Below, piece after piece: positions 10,176 through 20,063 of a stretch of 64,000 nucleotides of DNA; positions within the stretch are counted from its first letter, which is position 1, and each line of letters opens with the position of its first letter. Source of the DNA: a virus (taxonomy: Duplodnaviria > Heunggongvirae > Uroviricota > Caudoviricetes); IMG/VR virus record IMGVR_UViG_3300044712_000823, positions 1-64,000 of that record. One strand, written 5' to 3'. Under the pieces are notes generated by a model. It saw nothing but the letters and a program-made list of their open reading frames with translations. It ran no database searches and was not told the DNA's origin. The position numbers and the translations under genes are program-made.

Positions 10176-10364
10176 TTTTTCCTCTGTAGTTGAACAAGAT
10201 GATGGGTTATTCTGTTACGAGGAAACCCATCGAAACCCTAGTCAGCGTTTAGGCTGCCAATGCGAACTTTTCATCGTTTGCGTTTAGTTTGATTTACTTT
10301 TAACGACTATCTGTGTCGAGTTGTCCACTTCTGTACTTGTTGCCCTGTCGAAACCATGGCTGGC

Positions 10365-10478
10365 CCATCAGAAGTATACTAAACGTGGATCGTCCCTAAA
10401 TGCTTACTGAATTCTACAGTCAGCTTAGTATACTTCTGGTGGACCAGGCGGGAGTCGAACCCGCGTCCAGAACACTTT
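10365..10478 (-). ncRNA. tRNA-like 3' fragment (T-arm plus acceptor 3' half plus CCA) next to a 14-bp inverted repeat. Possible structured RNA.
   Basis: Minus-strand reading GCGGGUUCGACUCCCGCCUGGUCCACCA. No matching 5' acceptor strand. The inverted repeat is CAGAAGTATACTAA...TTAGTATACTTCTG. Confidence 0.25.
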
Positions 10479-10542
10479 TCTAGTTGCTTCATACAACCAT
10501 AGCCGCTAGTATAGCAGCTTTTTATTTAGTTGGCAAGCGTTT

Positions 10543-11685
10543 TTACCAGGGTTTTCCTGTACCGCGAAAATTACTGAAGCTTATTTGTCCGCTTGCTGGA
10601 ATCGTGATGTTTATTATCGCACTCTTCCTAACTTTACATGTATATCCTTGTGAGGACTGTGTAAGTACCTCAAAAGAATATGTTTCACCATTCACTGTGG
10701 TCGATGAGGGTGGTGGCACATTACCAGAAAGACTCAAGTTTGCAACTATATCACCGTTCCAAAAAACTTTTCCGAATGAGGTTCCTGGAGTCGTCAATGT
10801 ATCCCAGAACATACCATATGTCAACTTTCCCGATGCTGCTGATTGGAACTGGTCAATGGAACCCAACAATAAAGTGTTGGAAGAAACGGAAGATAAATTT
10901 GCAGGTAAGCTTATGGTTGAGGGTGTTACGAATGTGCCACCACGGTAATAACTGCTGACACTATATGGTTTTCCTGTATTACCGAAGATTGTCGCCAAAG
11001 TGTCTAGGTTTATTGTTGCATTATCGTCTATTCTATTTCTAAGCCAAATTATGGCCTCCATATAATTTCTAGAATCCGACGACGATTGATTGTACCTTTG
11101 TGGTAGAGGTGATTGAAGGTAATTTATTGAATAAAAATTTCCGTTTGATGAATTTGTGTAACGAGTGCCAAAGGAAGTCAGTGAGCGACTGATTGATCCT
11201 GTGTGTGAGAATACAAAAATTGAATTTGAATTTGAAAGTACAAAGTTATTTGCGGTCGAAGTCGTCGGCTCACCCATACTGAAAATAAACAAATCTCTAC
11301 ATTTCACTAATGTTTTATTTTCTATGAGACCATCTGTCGTAGAATAGACTGTAGGACACACTAATGATGCACCGGAAGGTGGAATTGCAGCTAATGCTAC
11401 AGCCGCATTGTCTGCATTGATTTGTCCAACATCTATACCTTTAGAAGCAACATTTATTAGTGTACCAACTGTTGTTCCCGGAGAACTCGGATCGAAACCG
11501 TTTGCAATCAATGCAATCGTTCCATTACCAGATGTGGTAATTATCGCACTTCTTGCATTGATAAATGTGTTCGATCTGACCAAAAAGTCACCAACAACAG
11601 TTATGTTTCCTGTTATAATAACGTCATTATTGGTTCTCAGATTGTAGTTGGTGTATGTTCCACCTGTTATGGTAGTTGTTGCCAT
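10543..11685 (-). CDS. Tail-fibre/adhesin-like protein (Ser/Thr/Asn-rich).
   Basis: Composition and repeats typical of receptor-binding fibre proteins. Confidence 0.4.
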   Translation of the reverse strand: MATTTITGGTYTNYNLRTNNDVIITGNITVVGDFLVRSNTFINARSAIITTSGNGTIALIANGFDPSSPGTTVGTLINVASKGIDVGQINADNAAVALAAIPPSGASLVCPTVYSTTDGLIENKTLVKCRDLFIFSMGEPTTSTANNFVLSNSNSIFVFSHTGSISRSLTSFGTRYTNSSNGNFYSINYLQSPLPQRYNQSSSDSRNYMEAIIWLRNRIDDNATINLDTLATIFGNTGKPYSVSSYYRGGTFVTPSTISLPANLSSVSSNTLLLGSIDQFQSAASGKLTYGMFWDTLTTPGTSFGKVFWNGDIVANLSLSGNVPPPSSTTVNGETYSFEVLTQSSQGYTCKVRKSAIINITIPASGQISFSNFRGTGKPW

Positions 11686-11687
11686 TT

Positions 11688-12353
11688 TTACCTATTATTC
11701 TTGTAGAATTGAATATGTTCCAACAAATTATTTAGGTGATCTTCTGTTTTCTCTACAAAGATCAGTGGTTCTTTCTGACCCTCCACTGCCATCATAATGA
11801 CAATCTGGTCGATTGGTACACCGACAAGTTCCTCATACATCAGAGAATAAGCAGTACATTGTGCAAAATAATCAGGAATATCTTGCTTCGTTTTGATTCG
11901 TTTTGAGGTTTTAAAGTCAATCACAGACAATACACCATCAAATTCTGCAATCAAGTCTACCCGACCTGCCATGCCAATATTTTCAGACCACAATGCCTGT
12001 TCTTGGTAGTGAATATTGTTAATCCGCATAATGTCACGAATAAGTGATCTGAACATAACCACAGAGTCAGGCATTTCTTTATTCCAGTAAATTGGGTCAT
12101 TATTCAGATACTTCTCAGCTAACAGGTGTACTCGATTACCTCGACCAGATGCAAATCTGGAAACCCTATTAGCTTCTTCTTCACCTACACGATTTCGCCA
12201 TTCTAGAATAGATTGTTTTTTCATGGCACCAATAACAGTTGTCACCGAGGGTAGTTTCTTACCGCTCGGTGACACATAATATCGTTTGCCATCAGGTTGA
12301 GTTACAGATTCTAGATTTGGTAACTCTTTTGGTGGGCAATGTACAAATGTCAT
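11688..12353 (-). CDS. PD-(D/E)XK nuclease (Cas4/YqaJ-like fold).
   Basis: GRVDLIAEFDG...VIDFKTSK motifs. Confidence 0.45.
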   Translation of the reverse strand: MTFVHCPPKELPNLESVTQPDGKRYYVSPSGKKLPSVTTVIGAMKKQSILEWRNRVGEEEANRVSRFASGRGNRVHLLAEKYLNNDPIYWNKEMPDSVVMFRSLIRDIMRINNIHYQEQALWSENIGMAGRVDLIAEFDGVLSVIDFKTSKRIKTKQDIPDYFAQCTAYSLMYEELVGVPIDQIVIMMAVEGQKEPLIFVEKTEDHLNNLLEHIQFYKNNR

Positions 12354-12354
12354 A

Positions 12355-12702
12355 TTATTTTTTTAATAACTCTTTAGCTTCGTCGTATGTTAAGTTTAAA
12401 TTATAGTTTGTTGACAAATATGTTGCAAACAGATTCGTTGCATATTCCTTATTTACACAAAATTCAAGTTGCTTTCTATATGCTTCTAACTCATAATTTA
12501 ATCTATATTTTTTTGACAATTTGTAAAATAGACCGTTAAGACCTAATGTTCTCCAGAATTGATTAACATGAATCTTTTCATGTTCAAGAAGATCAGTTTC
12601 GCCTTTTACACCGGGTCTCAAGAAAATCAAAAATGCGACTGTAAGCCCATTAAATCTTTTTGGTATGAAAAGGTCGGTGTAAAAGACGAAATAATTTTTC
12701 AT
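12355..12702 (-). CDS. Hypothetical protein.
   Basis: ORF in an operon-like array. Confidence 0.35.
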   Translation of the reverse strand: MKNYFVFYTDLFIPKRFNGLTVAFLIFLRPGVKGETDLLEHEKIHVNQFWRTLGLNGLFYKLSKKYRLNYELEAYRKQLEFCVNKEYATNLFATYLSTNYNLNLTYDEAKELLKK

Positions 12703-12947
12703 TCCATTTCCACTTTCTCTTGTTTGAAACGTCTTTCTTGAATCGTTTCTTGTTTGTACAGTTTGCGTGGATTACCGCATATCAGACAGCCTGGAGTGCC
12801 ACAATCCATTGCGTGGTGTTTTGCAAATTTATGAGGCTCTTTCACTTCAATACCATATGCTTTTGCAATCTTAGTTTGCTTTTTAACTGCAACTTCTTTT
12901 GCATGGATACGTTTGCTGTGCTTGATCTTATCTTCTTCTTTGCTCAT
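12699..12947 (-). CDS. Small basic Cys-containing protein.
   Basis: CGTPGCLICGNP motif. Overlapping start/stop with neighbours. Confidence 0.35.
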   Translation of the reverse strand: MSKEEDKIKHSKRIHAKEVAVKKQTKIAKAYGIEVKEPHKFAKHHAMDCGTPGCLICGNPRKLYKQETIQERRFKQEKVEME

Positions 12948-13708
12948 ACATTATCCTCATATTTAAGTTTTGCAACAATATAGTCTTTAACCAAAGAACT
13001 ACGAACAATATCATCAACATCGAATTCGAACTTGGTGAATGCTCTCATGTGATATGCGATATCAAAGAATTTTAAAATTCCAGAAACATCATTCTTCTTC
13101 TTGTTCAAATCCGTTTGACGATAATCGCCACACCAAATAATCTTTGAGCGATAACCAACACGTGTCATAACGGTGTCAATTTCTTCAAAGGTCATATTCT
13201 GCATTTCATCGACAATAATGATTGCATCATCGAATGACATACCACGAATGAATGATGTAGAAATGAATTCTACACAACTTTGTTCTTCAAGTCTATCCCA
13301 TGCATCTTTTCTACCAAAAAGAGTTTCGCAGATTTGTCGGTATGGTTGCTGATAGATTTCCATCTTCTCGGAAATATCACCCGGCAAATGACCAACTTCT
13401 CGACTCTGTACGGCAGAACGCACAACAATGATTTTTTTGAAGGGATTTGTTTTATCGAGGACTTCTTCCAATGCTTTATACATAGCACAGAATGTTTTAC
13501 CGGTGCCTGCAACACCGTGTAGTGCTATAAAATAGTCTCCTTTTTTATATGCTTCAAAGAATTTTCTCTGATTCTCTGTTAATGGCTCAAATGTTTTTAA
13601 ATGATCTAGTTTGATTTTTAATGAATTTGAAATGATTGGTTGGTGTCTATGTTGTACTTCGTCACCTTCGATAACATCATCTCTACGCGCAGGTCTTTTA
13701 CTAGCCAT
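12944..13708 (-). CDS. phoH: PhoH-like ATPase.
   Basis: Walker A (GVAGTGKTF) and PhoH family motifs. Confidence 0.85.
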   Translation of the reverse strand: MASKRPARRDDVIEGDEVQHRHQPIISNSLKIKLDHLKTFEPLTENQRKFFEAYKKGDYFIALHGVAGTGKTFCAMYKALEEVLDKTNPFKKIIVVRSAVQSREVGHLPGDISEKMEIYQQPYRQICETLFGRKDAWDRLEEQSCVEFISTSFIRGMSFDDAIIIVDEMQNMTFEEIDTVMTRVGYRSKIIWCGDYRQTDLNKKKNDVSGILKFFDIAYHMRAFTKFEFDVDDIVRSSLVKDYIVAKLKYEDNV

Positions 13709-13717
13709 TAATTCTCC

Positions 13718-14194
13718 TTAGTGTTTTGCGAAATCTTTATGTGTGAAATTTCTATATTCGCATACTTTCTGATAGGCTTGTTCCGGTGTATTAAAATAGC
13801 CCAATCCTTTACCGTCACAAAATGCCAACCATTTTTGCGAATGTTTGTGGAATGAAACACCTTTATATCCACTTGTGTTATTTACCTGTTTTGTTCTATT
13901 TCTACCATTTTGAGAATAATCACAGGGTCTTAGGTTATCTATCTTGTTGTTTGAAGGATTACCATCAATATGGTCTAATTGCTCAGGTACATCACCAAAA
14001 TGAAATGCATAAATTATTCTATGCAACTTGTAGCAAACACCATCAATTCGTAAATTGTAATATCCGTTGGAAGATTTACTTCCTGCTTTTTGTCCAATGT
14101 TTACTTTATCGGACTTTTTAATTTTCCAATAAAGTTCACCATCACAATAATCAAATAATTGTAATAGATATTCCTTTGTCGGAGTTTTTACCAT
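13718..14194 (-). CDS. HNH homing endonuclease with AP2 DNA-binding domain.
   Basis: HIDGNPSNNKIDNLR. SGYKGVSFHKHSQKW (AP2). Confidence 0.7.
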   Translation of the reverse strand: MVKTPTKEYLLQLFDYCDGELYWKIKKSDKVNIGQKAGSKSSNGYYNLRIDGVCYKLHRIIYAFHFGDVPEQLDHIDGNPSNNKIDNLRPCDYSQNGRNRTKQVNNTSGYKGVSFHKHSQKWLAFCDGKGLGYFNTPEQAYQKVCEYRNFTHKDFAKH

Positions 14195-14493
14195 TCTCTT
14201 GCCATCTTTGTTTTATGACCTTGTTTCAAGGTGTTGCCAGGGACCGACTCTTTGATTCTATTAATAATATATTTTTCAAAGGTAGAATCAGCTTTACCTG
14301 TGCCAGGTGTACTCATGCGAGAGCCATCAGACAACATGGGTAAATCTTCTGAAGCAAACGAACGTTCAAGATGTGGATTGTTTTCCTTGAATGCATCAAG
14401 TTCAGCAATCCGCATAATATGTTCTTCGATTGCTCCTGTATCTTTGTTTCTAAATGTGTACGTTGGCAAAGTTGTGCCTCCAAATTTTGTCAA
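14188..14493 (-). CDS. Hypothetical protein.
   Basis: ORF between two HNH genes. Confidence 0.35.
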   Translation of the reverse strand: MTKFGGTTLPTYTFRNKDTGAIEEHIMRIAELDAFKENNPHLERSFASEDLPMLSDGSRMSTPGTGKADSTFEKYIINRIKESVPGNTLKQGHKTKMAREW

Positions 14494-14902
14494 TATGTTT
14501 CATAAAAAGATCAGTTGTTAATTTGTGTTTCATATAATTACAAGTAGAACAACAGGTCTTTACATTGGTATAAGTATACCCTTTTTTATTATCTATTCGA
14601 TCTAATCCGTTTATTGGAACTTTTCTACCAATTGTATCATGTAATTTACCTTCACGTAAAACTGGTTCTCCTCCACAAATATAACAATTTTTCTGCACCA
14701 ATTCCGACCATTGTTCAAATGTTAAGTCCCAAAATATATTTCTGTGATTGGGATTCGCATCACATCTTTGAGAGATAAAAATTTTGTTTAAATATGTTTT
14801 TGTTGGATCTAAAGTTTTTTCATAAACTTTTCTTGTGCTTTTTTTGTGATTTCTTTGCTCATGTTGTAAATCCATAATTACTCCTAAATTGGTATGTAAC
14901 AT
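14450..14902 (-). CDS. HNH endonuclease.
   Basis: CYICGGEP...NGLDRIDNKKGYTYTNV...CCSTCNYMK. Confidence 0.5.
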   Translation of the reverse strand: MLHTNLGVIMDLQHEQRNHKKSTRKVYEKTLDPTKTYLNKIFISQRCDANPNHRNIFWDLTFEQWSELVQKNCYICGGEPVLREGKLHDTIGRKVPINGLDRIDNKKGYTYTNVKTCCSTCNYMKHKLTTDLFMKHIDKIWRHNFANVHI

Positions 14903-14924
14903 ATATATTTAGGAGTTTTTAGAT

Positions 14925-15512
14925 TTATAGATTAAATACGATAGAAATTCTAGGGTCAACGGATCTATTTGGCACAACTTCGTGATACAACCATGCTGGC
15001 CACATTAGTAATAGACCTGGGTATGGCTGATAATCGAAATGAGATTGTGCATACCAACTATCTTTATCTTTGACATGGAAGAAATAGTCGAAAAAATCCC
15101 GAAACGGTTGATTAGGTAGGAACCTGATGGGTGCAGAACCAGGAGGTGTCTGTAAATAGAAAATACCTGAAATTGTACACTGTGAATGTACATGCTTGGG
15201 ATGGTTACTACCTTCTTTGAAATAGTTCAAGAAGAAATATGGATTGAATTTTGCTCCGTATGGTTCAAAACCTTGTGCAGCTAAGAATTCGTGACCCTTG
15301 TTGATAATGAAATCTCCAAACCCTTGGTATTTTGGATCATTTCTAATATCGATGCCTGTACCATGAGTTGTTCTACCATTGTAGTAAAATGAATCGTTGG
15401 TTTGTTTAGTGTCACTTTCAAAATAATCTTTTACGACAGGCAGAAGAATGTCTGCCCAGTTTTTATGTTCTTCAACACCAACCACCGATGGGAATAATGA
15501 ATCAAGTCTCAT
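14925..15512 (-). CDS. 2OG-Fe(II) oxygenase.
   Basis: HVHSQCTISGIFYL...PIRF. HxD...H architecture. Confidence 0.6.
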   Translation of the reverse strand: MRLDSLFPSVVGVEEHKNWADILLPVVKDYFESDTKQTNDSFYYNGRTTHGTGIDIRNDPKYQGFGDFIINKGHEFLAAQGFEPYGAKFNPYFFLNYFKEGSNHPKHVHSQCTISGIFYLQTPPGSAPIRFLPNQPFRDFFDYFFHVKDKDSWYAQSHFDYQPYPGLLLMWPAWLYHEVVPNRSVDPRISIVFNL

Positions 15513-15771
15513 GAGGTAAAAACACTTTCAATTTTTCGTACTTAGCATCAATTGCTTTATGAATATCTTCATCTGTAATATTTATATCTGTTTCATCAAC
15601 CAATACAGAGATGAGAGCCAAAACATCACCAATTTCAGTGATTAGTGCCTGTTTGTTAGTTACGCCTTGCCATTCCGCATTCAATCCAAAACGATTGATT
15701 TTGGAAATGGCTTGAATGACTTCTGCACATTCTTCAGTCAATACACCCATAACCTGTTTAAGATCACGCAT
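15502..15771 (-). CDS. mazG: MazG-like nucleotide pyrophosphohydrolase.
   Basis: EECAEVIQA...EIGDVLA motifs. Confidence 0.7.
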   Translation of the reverse strand: MRDLKQVMGVLTEECAEVIQAISKINRFGLNAEWQGVTNKQALITEIGDVLALISVLVDETDINITDEDIHKAIDAKYEKLKVFLPHET

Positions 15772-15862
15772 AAAAATCCTTTAAATAATATAAATAGGTG
15801 TGGATCACGGTACGCCAATACCCATCCACTCTATGTCCATATTCTATAACAGGAGACACAGC

Positions 15863-16507
15863 TTGTCAAGTATATATACAACGAAAAGAAAAAGAAGAAC
15901 CGTAAATTACCGCAAAATTTACGAACAACATTTTGGTCCAATTCCTTATGATGAATTTGGAAGAAGATATGAAATACATCATATTGATGGCAATCCAAAT
16001 AACAACGACATAAAAAATCTTAAATGTGTTTCAATAAAAGAACATTATGAAATACATTATAAACAAAAAGATTGGGGTGCTTGTTTATTAATTGCGAGAG
16101 CGATGGAAATTACACCAGAAGAAAAGAGAACCTTAGGTAGACTTGCGGCGATTAAGCGTTTAGAAGAAGGTAGCCACAATTTTCTGAATAATGATTCAAA
16201 CGAAAATAGAGTTAAAGCAGGAACACACAATTTTCTTGGTGGTGAAATAGGTGGAAGAACAAGCCGCAGGCGAGTAAAAGAAGGAACTCACATACTTTTA
16301 GGTGGTGAAGTTCAGAGAAAACAATTACTTGACGGTAAAAATAAACTTGTTGGCGGTGAATTGCAACGAGAAAGTGCTAAGAAATTATTGCAGGAAGGTA
16401 GACACCATTCACAAAAAGTGAATGAATGTCCACACTGCAATAGAGAAATTTTAGGTAATGGATTTTATCGCTATCACGGCGATAGATGTAAGTTCAAGAA
16501 AGATTAA
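15863..16507 (+). CDS. HNH homing endonuclease. Proposed TTG start after AGGAG.
   Basis: HHIDGNPNNNDIKNL. Leader shared with the GIY-YIG gene at ~20.9 kb. The ORF track extends to 15800. Confidence 0.65.
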   Translation: MSSIYTTKRKRRTVNYRKIYEQHFGPIPYDEFGRRYEIHHIDGNPNNNDIKNLKCVSIKEHYEIHYKQKDWGACLLIARAMEITPEEKRTLGRLAAIKRLEEGSHNFLNNDSNENRVKAGTHNFLGGEIGGRTSRRRVKEGTHILLGGEVQRKQLLDGKNKLVGGELQRESAKKLLQEGRHHSQKVNECPHCNREILGNGFYRYHGDRCKFKKD

Positions 16508-16968
16508 TCAATTCTTTCCTTGTATTGACGAATGGGTGTGTATGGGAAAGTGATAGGAACTGCACTATCACCATTAGTGAAATACGATTTGTATTTTTTA
16601 CCGGTTTCTTTATCTGTGTACCAATCATAAAAAATAATTCCTTCAGAATCATATGCTTGGCCATTGAATCTGTCAGCCTGTTTGAATATGTGACTGCATC
16701 GTTTATTTTGCATACAGTAGCCGTGGTCTACCCACTCCCAATCTTCACCAGTCAGTGGTGTAATAGGCTCAAACTTGGCCAACTTTTCAAACAAATTAAT
16801 AGCATATGGTGCAGTGGATCCAGAATGTCCTTCTTCGTCAAATATTTCAATCAACTTCAATACATGTTTGCAGATCATCTCCTGCATTTCATCATCGAAT
16901 TTTCCATTCTCGTCAGTCCAACCTGCGGCTCTAAATTCAGCCTCTGCATGTTTAATTAAATTACTCAT
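16504..16968 (-). CDS. Hypothetical protein.
   Basis: ORF. Confidence 0.35.
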   Translation of the reverse strand: MSNLIKHAEAEFRAAGWTDENGKFDDEMQEMICKHVLKLIEIFDEEGHSGSTAPYAINLFEKLAKFEPITPLTGEDWEWVDHGYCMQNKRCSHIFKQADRFNGQAYDSEGIIFYDWYTDKETGKKYKSYFTNGDSAVPITFPYTPIRQYKERID

Positions 16969-17216
16969 TCTTCTTTCCTTATTTCAGTTGCACCACATTG
17001 ATTACAGTCAAAGATTGGATAGCCAACAGGGTTCGTATCACGAAAATTCCAGTGGTGACCCACCTTCTCACACCGTTCACGCAATTCTTTCTTTGCCGGA
17101 TAATAAACAGTCTTGTCATATTCATCCATCAACTCTGACATTTTCTGCCGGCGCGCTCGTTCAATCAGTCCCTTTTCTTTCCAGATTTTGGTTGATTCTT
17201 TTTCTTCATCATTCAT
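16965..17216 (-). CDS. Hypothetical protein (CxxC).
   Basis: ORF with overlapping stop/start. Confidence 0.3.
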   Translation of the reverse strand: MNDEEKESTKIWKEKGLIERARRQKMSELMDEYDKTVYYPAKKELRERCEKVGHHWNFRDTNPVGYPIFDCNQCGATEIRKEE

Positions 17217-17512
17217 GTAATTAATCCATATTCTTTCAAGAGTTGACGAAAATCATTTGTCATAGTAGAACCAGTTTTTGCAATAAAAAGTTGAAGTATA
17301 ATCTGATCTATGTCATTTCTATCTCGCCAAGTTCCGACAAACCAACCAGTGGGATTTGAAAAACCCTTCAGTGTAACAACATCAGAAACATAAATGAAAT
17401 GTGACCTTGTTATTGAGGTGTTACCACTAGTATACATGTCCGACATTTTCTGAATGATATAATATTCAGCTTCTCTCGCATTGCCTGCAATTATAAAATA
17501 TTTGTCAGACAT
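17213..17512 (-). CDS. Hypothetical protein.
   Basis: ORF. Confidence 0.3.
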   Translation of the reverse strand: MSDKYFIIAGNAREAEYYIIQKMSDMYTSGNTSITRSHFIYVSDVVTLKGFSNPTGWFVGTWRDRNDIDQIILQLFIAKTGSTMTNDFRQLLKEYGLIT

Positions 17513-18053
17513 TGTACCACTCTGGGATTGGTCGTGAATTTACTTTACCTTGCCAAGTAGCAAAGCCGCGTTTTGAAATGTTGTAATAGTTTCGGTAAGA
17601 TGCAAGAGAATCTCCGGGAACTTTTACATCATCAGGCATTGCAGGTGTAGGTGGGAAGAATTCACCTTTGGCCATATTGTGTGGAGGCACATACAGAATA
17701 TCATGCAGACGCGCACATGCATGGATTTTACCATAACGATAGGTGTATTCGTTGCACAGGTGATACCACATGCGATAGAGCCAATTGTAGTTGGTTCGAT
17801 TTGCACGGCACCAGATAGCCGACGGATGATTGATGTGAGAAGCTTTCATTAGTTGTTTCTCACGTTCATCATTTAGACGCCAACGTTTGATACGCCGACC
17901 ATTTTCAGTTAGTTCGGTGTATTCTTCGCCATCAAGAATGCGGTGTGCCGTAGACATGAGTTGTGCATACTCAATAATCATTTTGACAACGTGCTTAGAC
18001 AGATGCATTTCTGCACAAGTTTTTGCGTCAGGATCAAGGTAAAAAATATTCAT
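17505..18053 (-). CDS. Hypothetical protein.
   Basis: ORF. Confidence 0.35.
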   Translation of the reverse strand: MNIFYLDPDAKTCAEMHLSKHVVKMIIEYAQLMSTAHRILDGEEYTELTENGRRIKRWRLNDEREKQLMKASHINHPSAIWCRANRTNYNWLYRMWYHLCNEYTYRYGKIHACARLHDILYVPPHNMAKGEFFPPTPAMPDDVKVPGDSLASYRNYYNISKRGFATWQGKVNSRPIPEWYNV

Positions 18054-18068
18054 GACAATTCAATTTTG

Positions 18069-18632
18069 TTATTCAAAAAGTGTATTTTCTGCTGGACCTA
18101 ATGTACGATAAACGGTTGCTTTACTCACATTAAATTTTTCCATGATTTCTCGTATCATATAGCCATCATTTCTCATTTGTTTAATTTCTTCTATTTGCTG
18201 TTCAGCCAACACTTTTTTTCTTCCAAATTTTATTCCTCGTTTTTTTGCCGTTTCTATACCATCAGCTTGATTTTCTTTACGTAAATCATTTTCAAATTCG
18301 GCAAAAACACTCAACATATTAAAAAGCAAATTTCCCACAGGTGTAGTTGTGTCGATGTTTTGGTCAGTAACAATAAGTGCGATTTTTCTTTCTTCAAGCA
18401 TGTGTTTAATGTTTAACAAATCTCTCACATTTCTTGCCAGTCTGTCAATCTTCGTAACACATATGGTATCGCCTTCACGCACAAATTTCATCATTTTTTT
18501 GAATTGTGGTCTATTCATGCTTATTCCAGATACACGCTCTTTGAAAACTTTTTCACAATCTTTTAATTTTTCCAATTGTGCATCTAAATTTTGACCGACA
18601 CTTGAAACCCTAGCATAACCAATTTTAGACAT
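18069..18632 (-). CDS. Small serine recombinase (resolvase/invertase family).
   Basis: GYARVSSVGQNLDAQ catalytic motif. C-terminal HTH. Confidence 0.8.
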   Translation of the reverse strand: MSKIGYARVSSVGQNLDAQLEKLKDCEKVFKERVSGISMNRPQFKKMMKFVREGDTICVTKIDRLARNVRDLLNIKHMLEERKIALIVTDQNIDTTTPVGNLLFNMLSVFAEFENDLRKENQADGIETAKKRGIKFGRKKVLAEQQIEEIKQMRNDGYMIREIMEKFNVSKATVYRTLGPAENTLFE

Positions 18633-18637
18633 TTCTA

Positions 18638-18838
18638 TTACCTCAATTCTGGTTCTTTTTCAAAACATTCAAAACAAACTGCATCATACTTTGGTCCCAT
18701 GCAGGTGGCAATAGCACCGTCGCAATATCTACACAAAATAAATGCATGTGTCACAATTTGATCCTTGCGGGGACCATACAATTTATAGAAACCCTCGTCA
18801 CGTTCAATGTAACCGATGTGTTCTCTTTCTTCATTCAT
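18638..18838 (-). CDS. Small Cys-rich protein.
   Basis: CRYCDG...CFECF. Confidence 0.3.
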   Translation of the reverse strand: MNEEREHIGYIERDEGFYKLYGPRKDQIVTHAFILCRYCDGAIATCMGPKYDAVCFECFEKEPELR

Positions 18839-19116
18839 ATTTTTTGGATTTGTATGCGTTCTACATCTGTCCAGGTTTGAACTACAGTTCCTTCTCCATG
18901 GTTATCATGTTCCCAGACTCTATATTGCAATCCAACTTTGGTAATATTTCCGTTTTCGTCCAAAAATTCTGCCACACGAAAATCATAAGAAAGAGGCTTA
19001 GCAAACACCACCGACGACTGTGGAATTTCGGCTCTAAAAGAGCCACCTGGCTGATATGGCAAAGGTGGCATATTGAACGTGGTCGTTACAATTTGTGTGT
19101 TTAATTTTGTTGTCAC
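18835..19116 (-). CDS. Hypothetical protein.
   Basis: ORF. Confidence 0.3.
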   Translation of the reverse strand: MTTKLNTQIVTTTFNMPPLPYQPGGSFRAEIPQSSVVFAKPLSYDFRVAEFLDENGNITKVGLQYRVWEHDNHGEGTVVQTWTDVERIQIQKI

Positions 19117-19913
19117 GGTACAATATATCCTTTAACTTCAAGGTCTTCCACATCCATTTCAAAATAGGGATAAAGTATTGTAGCAGGAACCGGATCAATT
19201 GTCAATACCCGGTCTCGGATATTATCATGCCATTTACTTTCCAACTCAAAATAACGCCATTTGTACAGGAAATTAGCCCAGGACAAACCACGGTATTGAT
19301 GTGAGCGACCTTGTTCGATGTATCTTTCATCGTTAGGTTCCGGTCTCTTGGCTAGATGTAGTGTGGTATTCCAAACACGACCGTGTGCAAAATCATTGAT
19401 GGATGAACGATCTGGTAAATATTTGACAGCACGGAGGAAATAATCACCTTCACCGAAGCCATAGTGGAATCTTTCATCCCACATTCCAATTTTTTTGATT
19501 GCATTTGGTGTGTATGCACATACCATATCGCCCGCATCATCCGCATAGAAGTCCTGTTTTTCCATGACCGCAAGAAGTCTGATAATCCAATCTCTTTCCC
19601 AAAGAGTGTCGTCTTGTGCAGTGACGACAATATCGGCATCAGGATTTTTTAAATCACGAAAGCCATGAATGATGGCGGTATTCCACATACGCGCCAACAT
19701 AGCAGTAGCAAAATCAGGTTGTGCTGCATTGTGTATTACTTTCACATGCGCCTGATAAACCGGATTGATTGAAAAGTTAGAATGATTGTTGATTACATTC
19801 ACATGTATATCAACTCCTTGTGGTAAATGAGAAAAACCCTCAAATAGAGTCGTTAGATTTCTATCGAGGGCTTTCTCATCTTGCCAAGTCAAAATATAAA
19901 TTTTGATTTTCAT
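19113..19913 (-). CDS. Putative glycosyltransferase (GT-A-like, DxD?).
   Basis: VVTAQDDTLW. Weak. Confidence 0.3.
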   Translation of the reverse strand: MKIKIYILTWQDEKALDRNLTTLFEGFSHLPQGVDIHVNVINNHSNFSINPVYQAHVKVIHNAAQPDFATAMLARMWNTAIIHGFRDLKNPDADIVVTAQDDTLWERDWIIRLLAVMEKQDFYADDAGDMVCAYTPNAIKKIGMWDERFHYGFGEGDYFLRAVKYLPDRSSINDFAHGRVWNTTLHLAKRPEPNDERYIEQGRSHQYRGLSWANFLYKWRYFELESKWHDNIRDRVLTIDPVPATILYPYFEMDVEDLEVKGYIVP

Positions 19914-20063
19914 ATCACCAATGACGTATTACGCCAGCTATAATAAACATGTTTGTAATTATGTAACTTGCAATGATGATGGTTCGAATGATTGCAATTT
20001 TATCTGCTTCACTGTCATCGTTGCTGGCCTTTTCACCTAGTGATTTAGCCCATAGTCTCCACA

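Noticed and set aside
10441-10516. Canonical tRNA gene on the minus strand.
   Set aside because: T-arm, acceptor 3' strand and CCA are perfect, but no complementary 5' acceptor strand or D-arm could be found. It is reported only as a tRNA-like fragment.
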